Part shown: positions 38,148 through 46,818 of the stretch, piece by piece
Numbering within the stretch: position 1 is the first letter of the stretch
How the letters are laid out: the number at the start of each line of letters is the position of its first letter
Origin: a virus
Lineage: Duplodnaviria > Caudoviricetes
IMG/VR virus record: IMGVR_UViG_3300010157_000065
Coordinates: 1 to 63,533 of that record
Reading direction: 5' to 3' (one strand)
DNA: 63,533 nucleotides
The notes under the pieces: model-generated
Seen by the model: the letters and a program-made list of their open reading frames with translations, nothing else
Told to the model about the DNA's origin: nothing
Databases searched by the model: none
Program-made: the position numbers and the translations under genes

Positions 38148-38327
38148 ATGATGGAAACACAAATAATGCAAGAACTAAATTTAGTTTTAGATTGCCTAGA
38201 ACAAAGCGAGAATACATTTCTATTTAATAAAGTTAAAAAGGTTATGGAAGACCTAGAGTTTTACTTCGGAAGTAGCGAGTATTACGCACAAGAAATAAGA
38301 AAAATAATTAATGATTCACAATCATAA
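38148..38327 (+). CDS. Hypothetical protein, 59 aa, not in ORF track
   Basis: MMETQIMQELNLVLDCLEQSENTFL...INDSQS. Confidence 0.55.
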   Translation: MMETQIMQELNLVLDCLEQSENTFLFNKVKKVMEDLEFYFGSSEYYAQEIRKIINDSQS

Positions 38328-38347
38328 ACTATAAAAAAAATAAAACT

Positions 38348-38749
38348 ATGGAAAAAGAAATATTTGAAATGTGCACGACAAGAGGTATGCAAGTGCATAA
38401 GTTCACTAACAATACAAGGTGTATATTTTACAAGGGATTTAAGTTTGAAGAAGTAACCGATGTTAATGGTGATTTATCATACAACTGTTACAATGTAAGG
38501 TATGTTAATTACAAGAGATTAACCAATGAAGAGATGAGAATGCTCTTAGACTTTGGAGTGATAGTATCATCTGATGTATTGTCTTTTAAAAACTATAAAA
38601 GGTTAGTAGAGGTTAGTAGGTTGGCAATAAATAATCCAAAGAACGGATACAAAGTAATAGAGAAGTCTAATAAGATGGCTGAACACTATGAAAAATTGTG
38701 TAATAATTTAATCTCTCTACATAAAAAACACACAGAATTATTTGTTTAA
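38348..38749 (+). CDS. Hypothetical protein
   Basis: 133 aa ORF. Confidence 0.65.
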   Translation: MEKEIFEMCTTRGMQVHKFTNNTRCIFYKGFKFEEVTDVNGDLSYNCYNVRYVNYKRLTNEEMRMLLDFGVIVSSDVLSFKNYKRLVEVSRLAINNPKNGYKVIEKSNKMAEHYEKLCNNLISLHKKHTELFV

Positions 38750-38764
38750 GTATAAAGTAATTAG

Positions 38765-38772
38765 TAAATTTG
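38765..38772 (+). promoter_or_regulatory. -7 promoter (TAAATTTG) for recombination operon
   Basis: TAnnTTTG with TTTG ~20 nt upstream. Confidence 0.6.
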
Positions 38773-38805
38773 TTAATAATTAAAATCAAGTAAATTAAAT
38801 TAAAA

Positions 38806-39360
38806 ATGGGAACAACAGCAAAAAAAGAATCGGTAGAAGTAAAATCATTATCTCAAAAACTAAGCGAGATACAAGTTGGTTTTAAAGCAAAGAAGAGTAG
38901 GTTTAATTCTTTTGGTAAGTATAACTTCAGAAGTGCTGAGGATATATTAGAAGGATTAAAACCATTCAATAAAGAACACGATGTGTACTTTAAAATAACA
39001 GAGAGTTTAATTAATACAGATCCTCTTATATTAGAGAGTGTTGCATCTATTGTAGATTGTTCTACAGGAGAAACCATAGAAGCTAAAGCAATAGTAGGTA
39101 TTGACTTGATGCAGAAGGGGATGCAAGCTGCACAATGTTTTGGTAGTTCTTCTTCTTACGGTAAAAAGTATTCATTAGGGAATCTATTACTTATAGATGA
39201 TACTCAAGATGCTGATGCTAATAACGACCACACTAAACAACCAATCCCTGATGCAAGGTTTCAAGCAGCACTTAAAGCTATAGCTGGAGGTACATTCACT
39301 AAAGAACAATTACTTAATGGTTTTGAACTTACACCTGAACAAATAAAACAATTAGGATAG
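38806..39360 (+). CDS. erf: ERF-family single-strand annealing protein
   Basis: NSFGKYNFRSAEDILE, QxFGSSSSYGKKYSLGNLLLIDDTQDAD. Confidence 0.9.
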   Translation: MGTTAKKESVEVKSLSQKLSEIQVGFKAKKSRFNSFGKYNFRSAEDILEGLKPFNKEHDVYFKITESLINTDPLILESVASIVDCSTGETIEAKAIVGIDLMQKGMQAAQCFGSSSSYGKKYSLGNLLLIDDTQDADANNDHTKQPIPDARFQAALKAIAGGTFTKEQLLNGFELTPEQIKQLG

Positions 39361-39429
39361 TATGGGAGTGGGTATAACACTCCTTGTACTAGGAATAATA
39401 ATGATAGCTTATAACAAAAAACAAGACCT

Positions 39430-39648
39430 ATGAAAAAAATACTATTAGTAGCTATAATGTTATTTAGTTTGTCTAGTTGTTATTGTACAACTGAATCTCA
39501 AGATTTGCAAATGCTACAGAAAAAATACCCTAAAGCTGGTATTATGAGAGTAAGAGGAAGTCAATATATTGTAGCAGATACTTTGCATACATATAGTATT
39601 ATATTAAGTGATAATGGAGATGTATTTACAACAATTAAAATTAAATAA
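39430..39648 (+). CDS. Small lipoprotein
   Basis: Signal peptide with lipobox LSSC. Confidence 0.65.
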   Translation: MKKILLVAIMLFSLSSCYCTTESQDLQMLQKKYPKAGIMRVRGSQYIVADTLHTYSIILSDNGDVFTTIKIK

Positions 39649-39652
39649 CTCT

Positions 39653-39907
39653 ATGAAGACAGCTGTAGAATATTTATACGAAAATTATTTAGACAATCCT
39701 TTATCAAATGAAGATATTATATACAACATAAATGTATTTGAACAAGCTAAAGAAATAGAAAAGCAACAGATTATTAATTTTACTAATGAATTTATTAATA
39801 AACATACTTTTGGAGATTATGATAGCAGAGTTCAAGAAAATAAAACAATAGAAGAATACTACAACGAAACATTTAAAAATAAAAACAATGAAAACACAAC
39901 AATTTAA
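39653..39907 (+). CDS. KTAVE...QAKEIEKQQII...EYYNETFK family small protein
   Basis: Recognisable constant-end motif family. Confidence 0.65.
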   Translation: MKTAVEYLYENYLDNPLSNEDIIYNINVFEQAKEIEKQQIINFTNEFINKHTFGDYDSRVQENKTIEEYYNETFKNKNNENTTI

Positions 39908-40568
39908 AGCCAGGTGCTCATCTCTAGGAAAGATATTCACTAACCCTCGTAGCAAGGCAGAGACTATCTCAGAGACCACCAAAACATACCTAGAAGAATG
40001 GGTATTAGAAGCAAAGTACGGAATCAAGAAAGAGATTACATCAAAGTATCTTGATAAAGGTTTACAAATGGAAGACACCGCTATTCAAGAGTACTCAAAG
40101 TTATTCAATGTAGAATGCTTTAAGAATGATGAGTGGTTTGAGAATGATTATATAACTGGTACTCCAGATTTAATACTTGACAATAAGATTGTAGATATTA
40201 AGTGTAGCTTCTCTTTATTCAGCTTCCCTATGTTTGACACCAAATTAGACAACAAGGCTTACGAATATCAGTTACAAGGGTATATGTACCTCACAGGAAA
40301 AACAGATGCTGAAATAGCTTATTTCCTTCTTAACTCTCCAGAGAACATTATCCTTAGTGAAGCTAAAAGTATTATGTACAAAGAAGCATTAGGACAAGAG
40401 TGGTTGGATATATTAGTTGAGGAGGTTAGAGCAAACCATACTTACGATCATATCCCTATTAAAGATAGATGTAAGGTGTTTAAAGTTGAGAGAGATGAGA
40501 GTATCATATCCGAGATTAAAGATAGGGTAGAAAATTGCAGGGTACATATCAAAACGCTTGGATATTAA
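39888..40568 (+). CDS. YqaJ / lambda-exonuclease-like nuclease
   Basis: RCSSLG, GxxxE, GTPD...DIKCS, YEYQLQGYM. Confidence 0.88.
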   Translation: MKTQQFKARCSSLGKIFTNPRSKAETISETTKTYLEEWVLEAKYGIKKEITSKYLDKGLQMEDTAIQEYSKLFNVECFKNDEWFENDYITGTPDLILDNKIVDIKCSFSLFSFPMFDTKLDNKAYEYQLQGYMYLTGKTDAEIAYFLLNSPENIILSEAKSIMYKEALGQEWLDILVEEVRANHTYDHIPIKDRCKVFKVERDESIISEIKDRVENCRVHIKTLGY

Positions 40569-40572
40569 TTTG

Positions 40573-40620
40573 TATATTTGTATAGCTGAATAGCCGACAA
40601 CAGCAGTAAAAAGGTAGGCG
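40573..40620 (+). promoter_or_regulatory. Promoter plus 5' leader H-type pseudoknot of ssb
   Basis: TATATTTG; stem GCTG/CAGC with loop GCCGAC pairing to downstream GTAGGC. Confidence 0.55.
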
Positions 40621-40638
40621 ACACTAAATTATTTTATT

Positions 40639-40941
40639 ATGGGACAGCTATTAGCTATCAGTATTGATGTAACAAAACTTGACAAAAGTAAATTCGTTAC
40701 AGGAAAAAAAGGAACTTACGCAAACCTTACAATTAGCGTAAATGACACAGACGATCAATTTGGAAACAATGTTTCTATTTGGGAAGGTCAAAGTCAAGAA
40801 GAGAGAGAAGCTAAGGCTGATCGTAATTTTCTAGGGAATGGGAAGGTTGTATGGAAAGGTGAGGACAAAGGTTCACAATCATCAAAACCAGCAAGTGTAA
40901 AGAAATCTATTCCAGTAGAAGATTCGGATCTCCCTTTTTAA
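40639..40941 (+). CDS. ssb: Single-stranded DNA-binding protein (non-canonical)
   Basis: Small beta protein with acidic tail EDSDLPF; after erf and exonuclease. Confidence 0.7.
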   Translation: MGQLLAISIDVTKLDKSKFVTGKKGTYANLTISVNDTDDQFGNNVSIWEGQSQEEREAKADRNFLGNGKVVWKGEDKGSQSSKPASVKKSIPVEDSDLPF

Positions 40942-40968
40942 GCTTTTCATTGAACACACAACTACAAC

Positions 40969-41000
40969 AAAACCACTCTTGAAACATAGGGTGGTTTTTT
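40969..41000 (+). terminator. Intrinsic terminator after ssb
   Basis: AAAACCACTCT/AGGGTGGTTTT plus U-run. Confidence 0.8.
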
Positions 41001-41017
41001 ATTTAAACATTAAACTT

Positions 41018-41155
41018 ATGAAAATAATATATATGCAACGAACATTCCCTTTATTATCTAGTGAAGTATGGGATGTAATAGAGAGAGATCAGAATAAAGA
41101 AGTTAAGACTTTAAACGAGGAACAATACATTGTTTTAAAAATAAATGAAGAATAG
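41018..41155 (+). CDS. Hypothetical protein, 45 aa, not in ORF track
   Basis: MKIIYMQRTFPLLSSEVWDVIE... Confidence 0.4.
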   Translation: MKIIYMQRTFPLLSSEVWDVIERDQNKEVKTLNEEQYIVLKINEE

Positions 41156-41203
41156 TTTTGATTGTCAAAAGTTATTTATTAGATTTGTCAAAAATAATAT
41201 TCG

Positions 41204-41330
41204 TATCTTTGCAGAGATTAATATGAGGTAAGAGGCATATAATCTAAACGACATAATAAATAAAACACAACTTAAACCTTGTGGCAATGCATCCTCTTAC
41301 TTTAGTGCAAAGCCTCAGGGTTTTTTGTTA
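41204..41330 (+). promoter_or_regulatory. Promoter plus kissing-loop leader/attenuator B
   Basis: TATCTTTG; loop AGGTAAGAGG is complementary to loop CCTCTTACTT of a long hairpin ending in a U-run. Confidence 0.7.
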
Positions 41331-41344
41331 CAAATTATTTATGT

Positions 41345-41872
41345 ATGGAAAATACTATCATTGACAACCAATCAAAATGCCTAAGACTTATTGAGCATGA
41401 AAAATCATTATTTTTTTTTAATGGTATTCAATATGAAGAACCTTCTCTTGAAGAATTAAAGAATATAAAAAAATTAATAGAGTCAAATATAAAAAATTAT
41501 GATTCTGTATCTTCAAATATAAAATATTACAACGAATGTATTTACGAAGATTTATTTCCTACTATTAAACGTAAATATATCAATGAACCTAAAAAAACTA
41601 TTAGTGGAATTATATACATATTAAAATGCGAGAGAACAAAACTATATAAAATAGGATTAACCTCTACAAAAATAGATTCAAGACTTAAATCTTTGAAAAC
41701 TGCAAATCCAAGTATAAGTTTAGTTAAATATTATTCAGGAATTACAGATATATATTCTGAAGAAAAAAAATTGCATAATTTATTTGCTGATAAAAGAATA
41801 GATGGAGAATGGTTTGAATTAGATGATTCTGACTTAAATACTATAGACTGGTTTTTTAATATACCTTTTTAA
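41345..41872 (+). CDS. T5orf172 / GIY-YIG superfamily nuclease
   Basis: GIIYIL...YKIGLT...RLKSL.TANP...EKKLH..F...RIDGEWF. Confidence 0.85.
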   Translation: MENTIIDNQSKCLRLIEHEKSLFFFNGIQYEEPSLEELKNIKKLIESNIKNYDSVSSNIKYYNECIYEDLFPTIKRKYINEPKKTISGIIYILKCERTKLYKIGLTSTKIDSRLKSLKTANPSISLVKYYSGITDIYSEEKKLHNLFADKRIDGEWFELDDSDLNTIDWFFNIPF

Positions 41873-41874
41873 TT

Positions 41875-42765
41875 ATGAGTGGATGGATAAAAATACATAG
41901 AGAAATAAAAAATCATTGGATTTGGAATAATACAGAATACTTTAAATGGTGGATGGATATTTTATTGGAAGCTAATTATCTTCCTAGTAAGGTAGTTATA
42001 AAAGGAACTATTTATGAGTGCGGAAGAGGTGAAAAACTATACTCTTTAGATACTTGGGCAAGTAGATGGAATACCAATAAAAGTAAGGTTAGAAGGTTTT
42101 TAAATCTGTTACAAAATGACTCAATGATAGAGATTAAAAACGAAACGCAAACGACACGTATAACTATCTGTAATTACGATGATTACCAAGATAAAGAAAA
42201 CGCAAGTGAAACGCAAATGAAACGCAAACGAAACGCAAGTGAAACGCATTTGACACCAATTAAAGAAAGAAAAGAAATAAAGAAAGATAATCTTTTAGTA
42301 GAAGTTGATAGAAATGGTCTTGATGATGCCACAAAAACATACTACGATATTGCAATTGGCTTTCAAAGAGTATTTATTCTTAATAAAAAATCTTTAGGAC
42401 TTACTAATTTTGAAGATCAAAATAATGCTACATTTAAAAGTTATGTCGAGCCTATTAGATTAGCATTTGAAAAAGATAAAAGAACCAGAGATGACTTTGC
42501 TAAGATATTTATATTTCTTCAGTCAGATGAGTTTTGGATGAAGAACATTATGTCTACATCTAAACTAAGAGAAAAAATGGGTGATTTATTAATTAAAGCA
42601 TCAAAACTTAAAGCTAAACAAGCTAAACTACCTGATGACTGGTATTCAAGAGAACTAACTACAGAACAACAATCACTACTATCACCTGAGCAATTAAAAA
42701 GATGGAAAGAAAATAAGGTTAGGTTAGGTGTTGAGGGTGGATATTTAAAACCAATAGAAAGATAA
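41875..42765 (+). CDS. Replication initiator (lambda O / DnaD-like)
   Basis: MSGWIKIHR.I..HWIW, wHTH, TRITICNYDDYQ, C-terminal FWMKNIMS..KLR; internal iterons. Confidence 0.85.
   Translation: MSGWIKIHREIKNHWIWNNTEYFKWWMDILLEANYLPSKVVIKGTIYECGRGEKLYSLDTWASRWNTNKSKVRRFLNLLQNDSMIEIKNETQTTRITICNYDDYQDKENASETQMKRKRNASETHLTPIKERKEIKKDNLLVEVDRNGLDDATKTYYDIAIGFQRVFILNKKSLGLTNFEDQNNATFKSYVEPIRLAFEKDKRTRDDFAKIFIFLQSDEFWMKNIMSTSKLREKMGDLLIKASKLKAKQAKLPDDWYSRELTTEQQSLLSPEQLKRWKENKVRLGVEGGYLKPIER
42142..42251 (+). repeat. Iterons, probable replication origin
   Basis: Five tandem 11-bp (G/A)AAACGCAnnn units at 42197-42251 plus one at 42142; followed by an A-rich tract. Confidence 0.85.
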
Positions 42766-42768
42766 GAT

Positions 42769-43644
42769 ATGAAAAAAGTAATAGCGTGGTGGTCTGGTGG
42801 TATTACATCAGCAGTAACTTGTAAGATATGTATAGATACATACGGAGTTGAAAATGTAAGGGTTATTTTTATTGATACATTCAATGAAGATGAAGATACC
42901 TACAGATTTAAAAAAGATTGTGAGGTTTTATATGGTAAAGAAATAGAGACCATAACATTGATAGGTAAAAAATATAAATCTATTCAAGATGTATGGATAA
43001 AACACAAGTCATTAAACGTAGCTAAAGGTGCTGTATGTTCTTCTGAACTTAAAAGAAGTGTTAGAGAGAAATGGCAAAAGAATAATGAGTATGACCTACA
43101 AGCATTTGGTTTTGAAATAGAAGAGATTAATAGAGCAAAGTCTATGAAGTTAAACCATTCAAAAGCTAAACCTATATTCCCTTTATTGTTATATGGCTAT
43201 TCAAAAAAAGATTGTATTAAAATAATGGAGGACTATGGAGTTCAAGTTCCAAGAATGTATTACTTAGGTTTCCATAATAATAATTGTTTTAACACTGGAT
43301 GCGTTCAGGGAGGTATTGGTTATTGGCAAAAGATAAGAGATGAATATCCTGACAAGTTTAATGCTATGGCAGAGATGGAACATAAACTAACAGAACTTAA
43401 AGGTGAGCCTGTTACTATGCTTAAAGACCAAAGCAATGAAGCAAAACAATCTAAAAATCAGTTAATATTTTTAAAACCACATCCTGATTATCCTGCTATA
43501 AAAGATATATCTATGATTAAAGGTAGAGAAGTTAAACCTTTATTTGAGTGTAATGGTTTCTGTGGTGTAAATGATTTATCAGAGAGAACTGAAACTGAGA
43601 AAGAGATTAATTATGGACAATTAGATATGTTTGGAGATGAGTAA
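42769..43644 (+). CDS. PAPS-reductase-like PP-loop enzyme with Cys cluster
   Basis: WWSGGITSA PP-loop; CSSELK, NNCxxxGCVQGG, CNGFC. Confidence 0.8.
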   Translation: MKKVIAWWSGGITSAVTCKICIDTYGVENVRVIFIDTFNEDEDTYRFKKDCEVLYGKEIETITLIGKKYKSIQDVWIKHKSLNVAKGAVCSSELKRSVREKWQKNNEYDLQAFGFEIEEINRAKSMKLNHSKAKPIFPLLLYGYSKKDCIKIMEDYGVQVPRMYYLGFHNNNCFNTGCVQGGIGYWQKIRDEYPDKFNAMAEMEHKLTELKGEPVTMLKDQSNEAKQSKNQLIFLKPHPDYPAIKDISMIKGREVKPLFECNGFCGVNDLSERTETEKEINYGQLDMFGDE

Positions 43645-45442
43645 TAGTAAAGTAACAGTATTCAAAGACCTCTTCTCTTTAAACACCCCAATGTATGTAG
43701 ACATAGATTATGTCCTACAAAGAATACAAGAGGAAGTATGTAGTGAGTTGGTCAATAAGATTAGACAAGAGAAAGACAAGAGCAGTCGTAACATCCTTAA
43801 AAAGAAGTTGCCTTGTGTGTTATTCTCTGGAGAGTTTAGCAGTAGAGCAGATAACGCCTTAGTTCAGCACAGCGGTTTTATATGCTTAGACTTCGATGGG
43901 TTTGAGGATCAAGAAGTCCTTACATTTTCCAAAGACTATTTAATAAAAGATAAGTACACTTACTCTGTATTTACTTCTCCTAGTGGTGATGGTCTTAAAG
44001 TAATTGTCAAAATACCAGACGACTTTGAAAACCATAGGTCTTACTTCAATGGTCTTAAAGAATACTACAATAGTCCATACTTCGATGAGAGTTGTGTTAA
44101 TGAGAGTAGGATATGTTATATGTCATCTGACAAAGACATCCACATACAGAAAGATAGCGAGGTATTCTCTACTAAAGCAAAACCAAGAGAGTATGTACAG
44201 AAACAAAGTATATCGCATATCGCAATTAAAGATGATGACAGAGTTATCAAAGGTCTTTTAAAGTGGTGGGAAGATAAGTACGGAATGGTAGAAGGGGAAA
44301 GAAACAGAAATGTTTTCATTCTATCTATGGCACTCAATGAGTTTGGTATCTCTGAAATGGAAGCCAAGAGTGTATGTATGCAGTTTGCACATCAAGGTTT
44401 TGACGAGGAAGAAATAAAGGCGTGTGTAGAGAGTGCATATAGAAAATCACATTTGTTTAATACCAAATCATTTACCGATGATGAGAGGTTTGATAACTAC
44501 TCACCTTCATCAGTAGAAACCTATGAAAAGACAAGGGTAAACTTCCATAACATTTATGAGAGTGCATTTGTAGATGTAAAGAAGAAGATAGAGTTCCCTC
44601 CAGTAGCAATAAGTATGGGAACATACAACTACAATGGTAAACAATTCCCTATACCCTTTGGAACATACGGTAACTTCTCTTGCATAGTTGGTGCATCTAA
44701 ATCTAAAAAGACTTTCTTAAAGAGTTTGATTATGGCATCATACATTGGAGGGAACTCTTCTATGTACGCTAGTAGTATTAAAAGCCACAGAGAAAGGGAT
44801 ATGTTTGTAATAGACTTGGATACTGAGCAATCAGCCTGGCACGCACAGAATGTATTTAAAAGGACTATGAAGATGGTAGGGTGTGAAGACTATGAGTTCT
44901 ACAAACCTTTTGCTTTAAGACCATACGACCCTAAGCAAAGACTAGAGTTTATAGAGTGGTTGATTTATGAAAGCGATATGCGTGATAACATTGGTCTTGT
45001 AGGTATAGATGGTCTTGCAGATTTAGTTGATGATTTTAATGATTTAAAGGAGAGTCAGAAAGCTATACAGAAAGTAATGAAGTGGACCGATGACAAACAA
45101 TTTCACCTTACAACTATCCTTCACTCTAACTACGGAAGTGCTAAAGCTGTTGGACATATTGGAAGTAGTATGCTAAAGAAAGCCGAGACAGTTTGCTCAG
45201 TAGTTAATACAGATGGTATTGTTACTGCTACATTTACACATACAAGAGGTTTTCCAATAGAGAGTTTCTCTTATGATGTACAAAAAGAAACTGGTCTACC
45301 TTTTATTATTGGAGACAATTCTTTAGACAATAACTACATACCATCATCGACAAAAAAAGAATTTATTACAGAGGATAAACCCCTCCCATTTATTAACCCA
45401 TCTGATGCGTTTGATAACCCATTAGATAGTATTCCGTTTTAA
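43637..45442 (+). CDS. Primase-helicase fusion (VirE-N/BT4734 primase-like, PriCT, AAA_25/RecA-like)
   Basis: KKKLP..FSG.F, HSGFICLDFD, FTSPSGDGLK, EGERN, Walker A GASKSKKT, DTEQ, IDG. Confidence 0.85.
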   Translation: MSNSKVTVFKDLFSLNTPMYVDIDYVLQRIQEEVCSELVNKIRQEKDKSSRNILKKKLPCVLFSGEFSSRADNALVQHSGFICLDFDGFEDQEVLTFSKDYLIKDKYTYSVFTSPSGDGLKVIVKIPDDFENHRSYFNGLKEYYNSPYFDESCVNESRICYMSSDKDIHIQKDSEVFSTKAKPREYVQKQSISHIAIKDDDRVIKGLLKWWEDKYGMVEGERNRNVFILSMALNEFGISEMEAKSVCMQFAHQGFDEEEIKACVESAYRKSHLFNTKSFTDDERFDNYSPSSVETYEKTRVNFHNIYESAFVDVKKKIEFPPVAISMGTYNYNGKQFPIPFGTYGNFSCIVGASKSKKTFLKSLIMASYIGGNSSMYASSIKSHRERDMFVIDLDTEQSAWHAQNVFKRTMKMVGCEDYEFYKPFALRPYDPKQRLEFIEWLIYESDMRDNIGLVGIDGLADLVDDFNDLKESQKAIQKVMKWTDDKQFHLTTILHSNYGSAKAVGHIGSSMLKKAETVCSVVNTDGIVTATFTHTRGFPIESFSYDVQKETGLPFIIGDNSLDNNYIPSSTKKEFITEDKPLPFINPSDAFDNPLDSIPF

Positions 45443-45466
45443 ATAAAATATACCATTTTAAATTAG

Positions 45467-45474
45467 TATATTTG
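45467..45474 (+). promoter_or_regulatory. -7 promoter (TATATTTG)
   Basis: Upstream of the HNH gene. Confidence 0.55.
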
Positions 45475-45489
45475 TAAAAAAAATAAATT

Positions 45490-45993
45490 ATGTTATTAGA
45501 GAAAAAATGTTTTAAGTGTAATGAAGTAAAAATTATTGATGATTTTTATAAGCATAGTAAAATGAAAGATGGACATTTAAATAAATGTAAAGAATGTTCT
45601 AAAAAAGAAAGTAAAAAAATTTACAGTAAAAATTACTTAGATAAAGAATGGGTTATTAAAGAAAGAAAAAGGTGTGTTGAAAGAAACAAAAGATTAAATT
45701 ATAATAAAAAATATTTTTTAGATTCTTTACTTGATTATTCTAAATATAAAAATGCAAGGAGAAAATATAAGATTTTAAAACCGTATGAAGTACATCATTG
45801 GAATTATAATTTTGGACACGAAGAAGACTTTATTGTTTTAGAATTAAAGGAACATAGAAAAGCGCATACTTTTTTAATTAGAAATAAGGGAGAGTATTTA
45901 TTTAAAGATGAATTTAATAATATTTTAGATACTAAAAAAAAGCATATAGATTACTTGAATAAAAAAGGAATAATAATTTTTAGAGAATTTTAA
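45490..45993 (+). CDS. HNH-type endonuclease with N-terminal Zn finger
   Basis: CFKC...FY...CKEC; EVHHWNY...HRKAH. Confidence 0.75.
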   Translation: MLLEKKCFKCNEVKIIDDFYKHSKMKDGHLNKCKECSKKESKKIYSKNYLDKEWVIKERKRCVERNKRLNYNKKYFLDSLLDYSKYKNARRKYKILKPYEVHHWNYNFGHEEDFIVLELKEHRKAHTFLIRNKGEYLFKDEFNNILDTKKKHIDYLNKKGIIIFREF

Positions 45994-45995
45994 TT

Positions 45996-46205
45996 ATGAG
46001 AAGTTTAGAAGAAGAATTTAGAGAGAAGTTACAAGGACATTTATCCGATGAGAAAACAGAGATTGATGTTAGAATTGCTGTAAAAATAGCAGATGAATTT
46101 GCTATTGGATTTGCAGAGTGGGCTATTACTAAAAATATGGGTGTAAATAAATTTACTTTATATGAAGGAGAATTAGAAATCTATAAAAAAGAAAAAGGAT
46201 TATGA
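45996..46205 (+). CDS. IADEFAIGFAEW...LEIYKKEKGL family small protein
   Basis: Recognisable motif family. Confidence 0.65.
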   Translation: MRSLEEEFREKLQGHLSDEKTEIDVRIAVKIADEFAIGFAEWAITKNMGVNKFTLYEGELEIYKKEKGL

Positions 46206-46274
46206 TACACTTTTATTTCATTGTAATAATCATAGGTTTAGCAGCAATTTACGATAACACTAAAGAATAATATT

Positions 46275-46475
46275 ATGAGTAGTCCAAAAGAAAAAGCAGT
46301 AGAGCTATATGAAAAGTATTTTTATATTATACCATCAACTATTGATGATTATTTTTCAGATAGTTTAGCCAAAAAATGCGCATTAATAACAGTTGATGAG
46401 GTACTAGAAAATTCACATACAAATGTATTTACAAAGTATTGGGAAGAAGTTAAACAAGAAATAGAGTGGTTGTAA
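46275..46475 (+). CDS. PKEKAxEL...AKKCAL...EVKQEI family small protein
   Basis: Paralog of 28296..28544. Confidence 0.7.
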   Translation: MSSPKEKAVELYEKYFYIIPSTIDDYFSDSLAKKCALITVDEVLENSHTNVFTKYWEEVKQEIEWL

Positions 46476-46759
46476 TGGCTAAAAGAGTTGTAAAAGTATT
46501 CTCTCCAAAACCAGAACAATTGTCTCACGCTAGATTCTCAAACAGTAAAGGTATAGCAATATGTATTCAACCTATACCTGATAGAAGTGGTAGTTACTGG
46601 GTAGAGAAACACTTAATAGAGGAATACAAAGAAGTACAGTTTTTAAGGGTGGACCAATCTAAGAAAGATACCCCTGCAAATAGAATGGTATTCAACGAAT
46701 ATGATGGGCAAGCAAAGTGCTTTGAGATGTATGAAATGTTTTATAATAAAAATAATTAA
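46475..46759 (+). CDS. Hypothetical protein
   Basis: TAATG-coupled start. Confidence 0.6.
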   Translation: MAKRVVKVFSPKPEQLSHARFSNSKGIAICIQPIPDRSGSYWVEKHLIEEYKEVQFLRVDQSKKDTPANRMVFNEYDGQAKCFEMYEMFYNKNN

Positions 46760-46790
46760 CAATTTAATTGTGTTATTAGTTATTTCTATA

Positions 46791-46798
46791 TACTTTTG
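46791..46798 (+). promoter_or_regulatory. -7 promoter (TACTTTTG)
   Basis: TAnnTTTG with upstream TTG. Confidence 0.55.
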
Positions 46799-46818
46799 GA
46801 GAAATAATTTAAAACACC

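Noticed and set aside
42197-42251. Possible CRISPR-like or guide-RNA array
   Set aside because: 11-bp tandem units without spacers inside a CDS; they fit iterons
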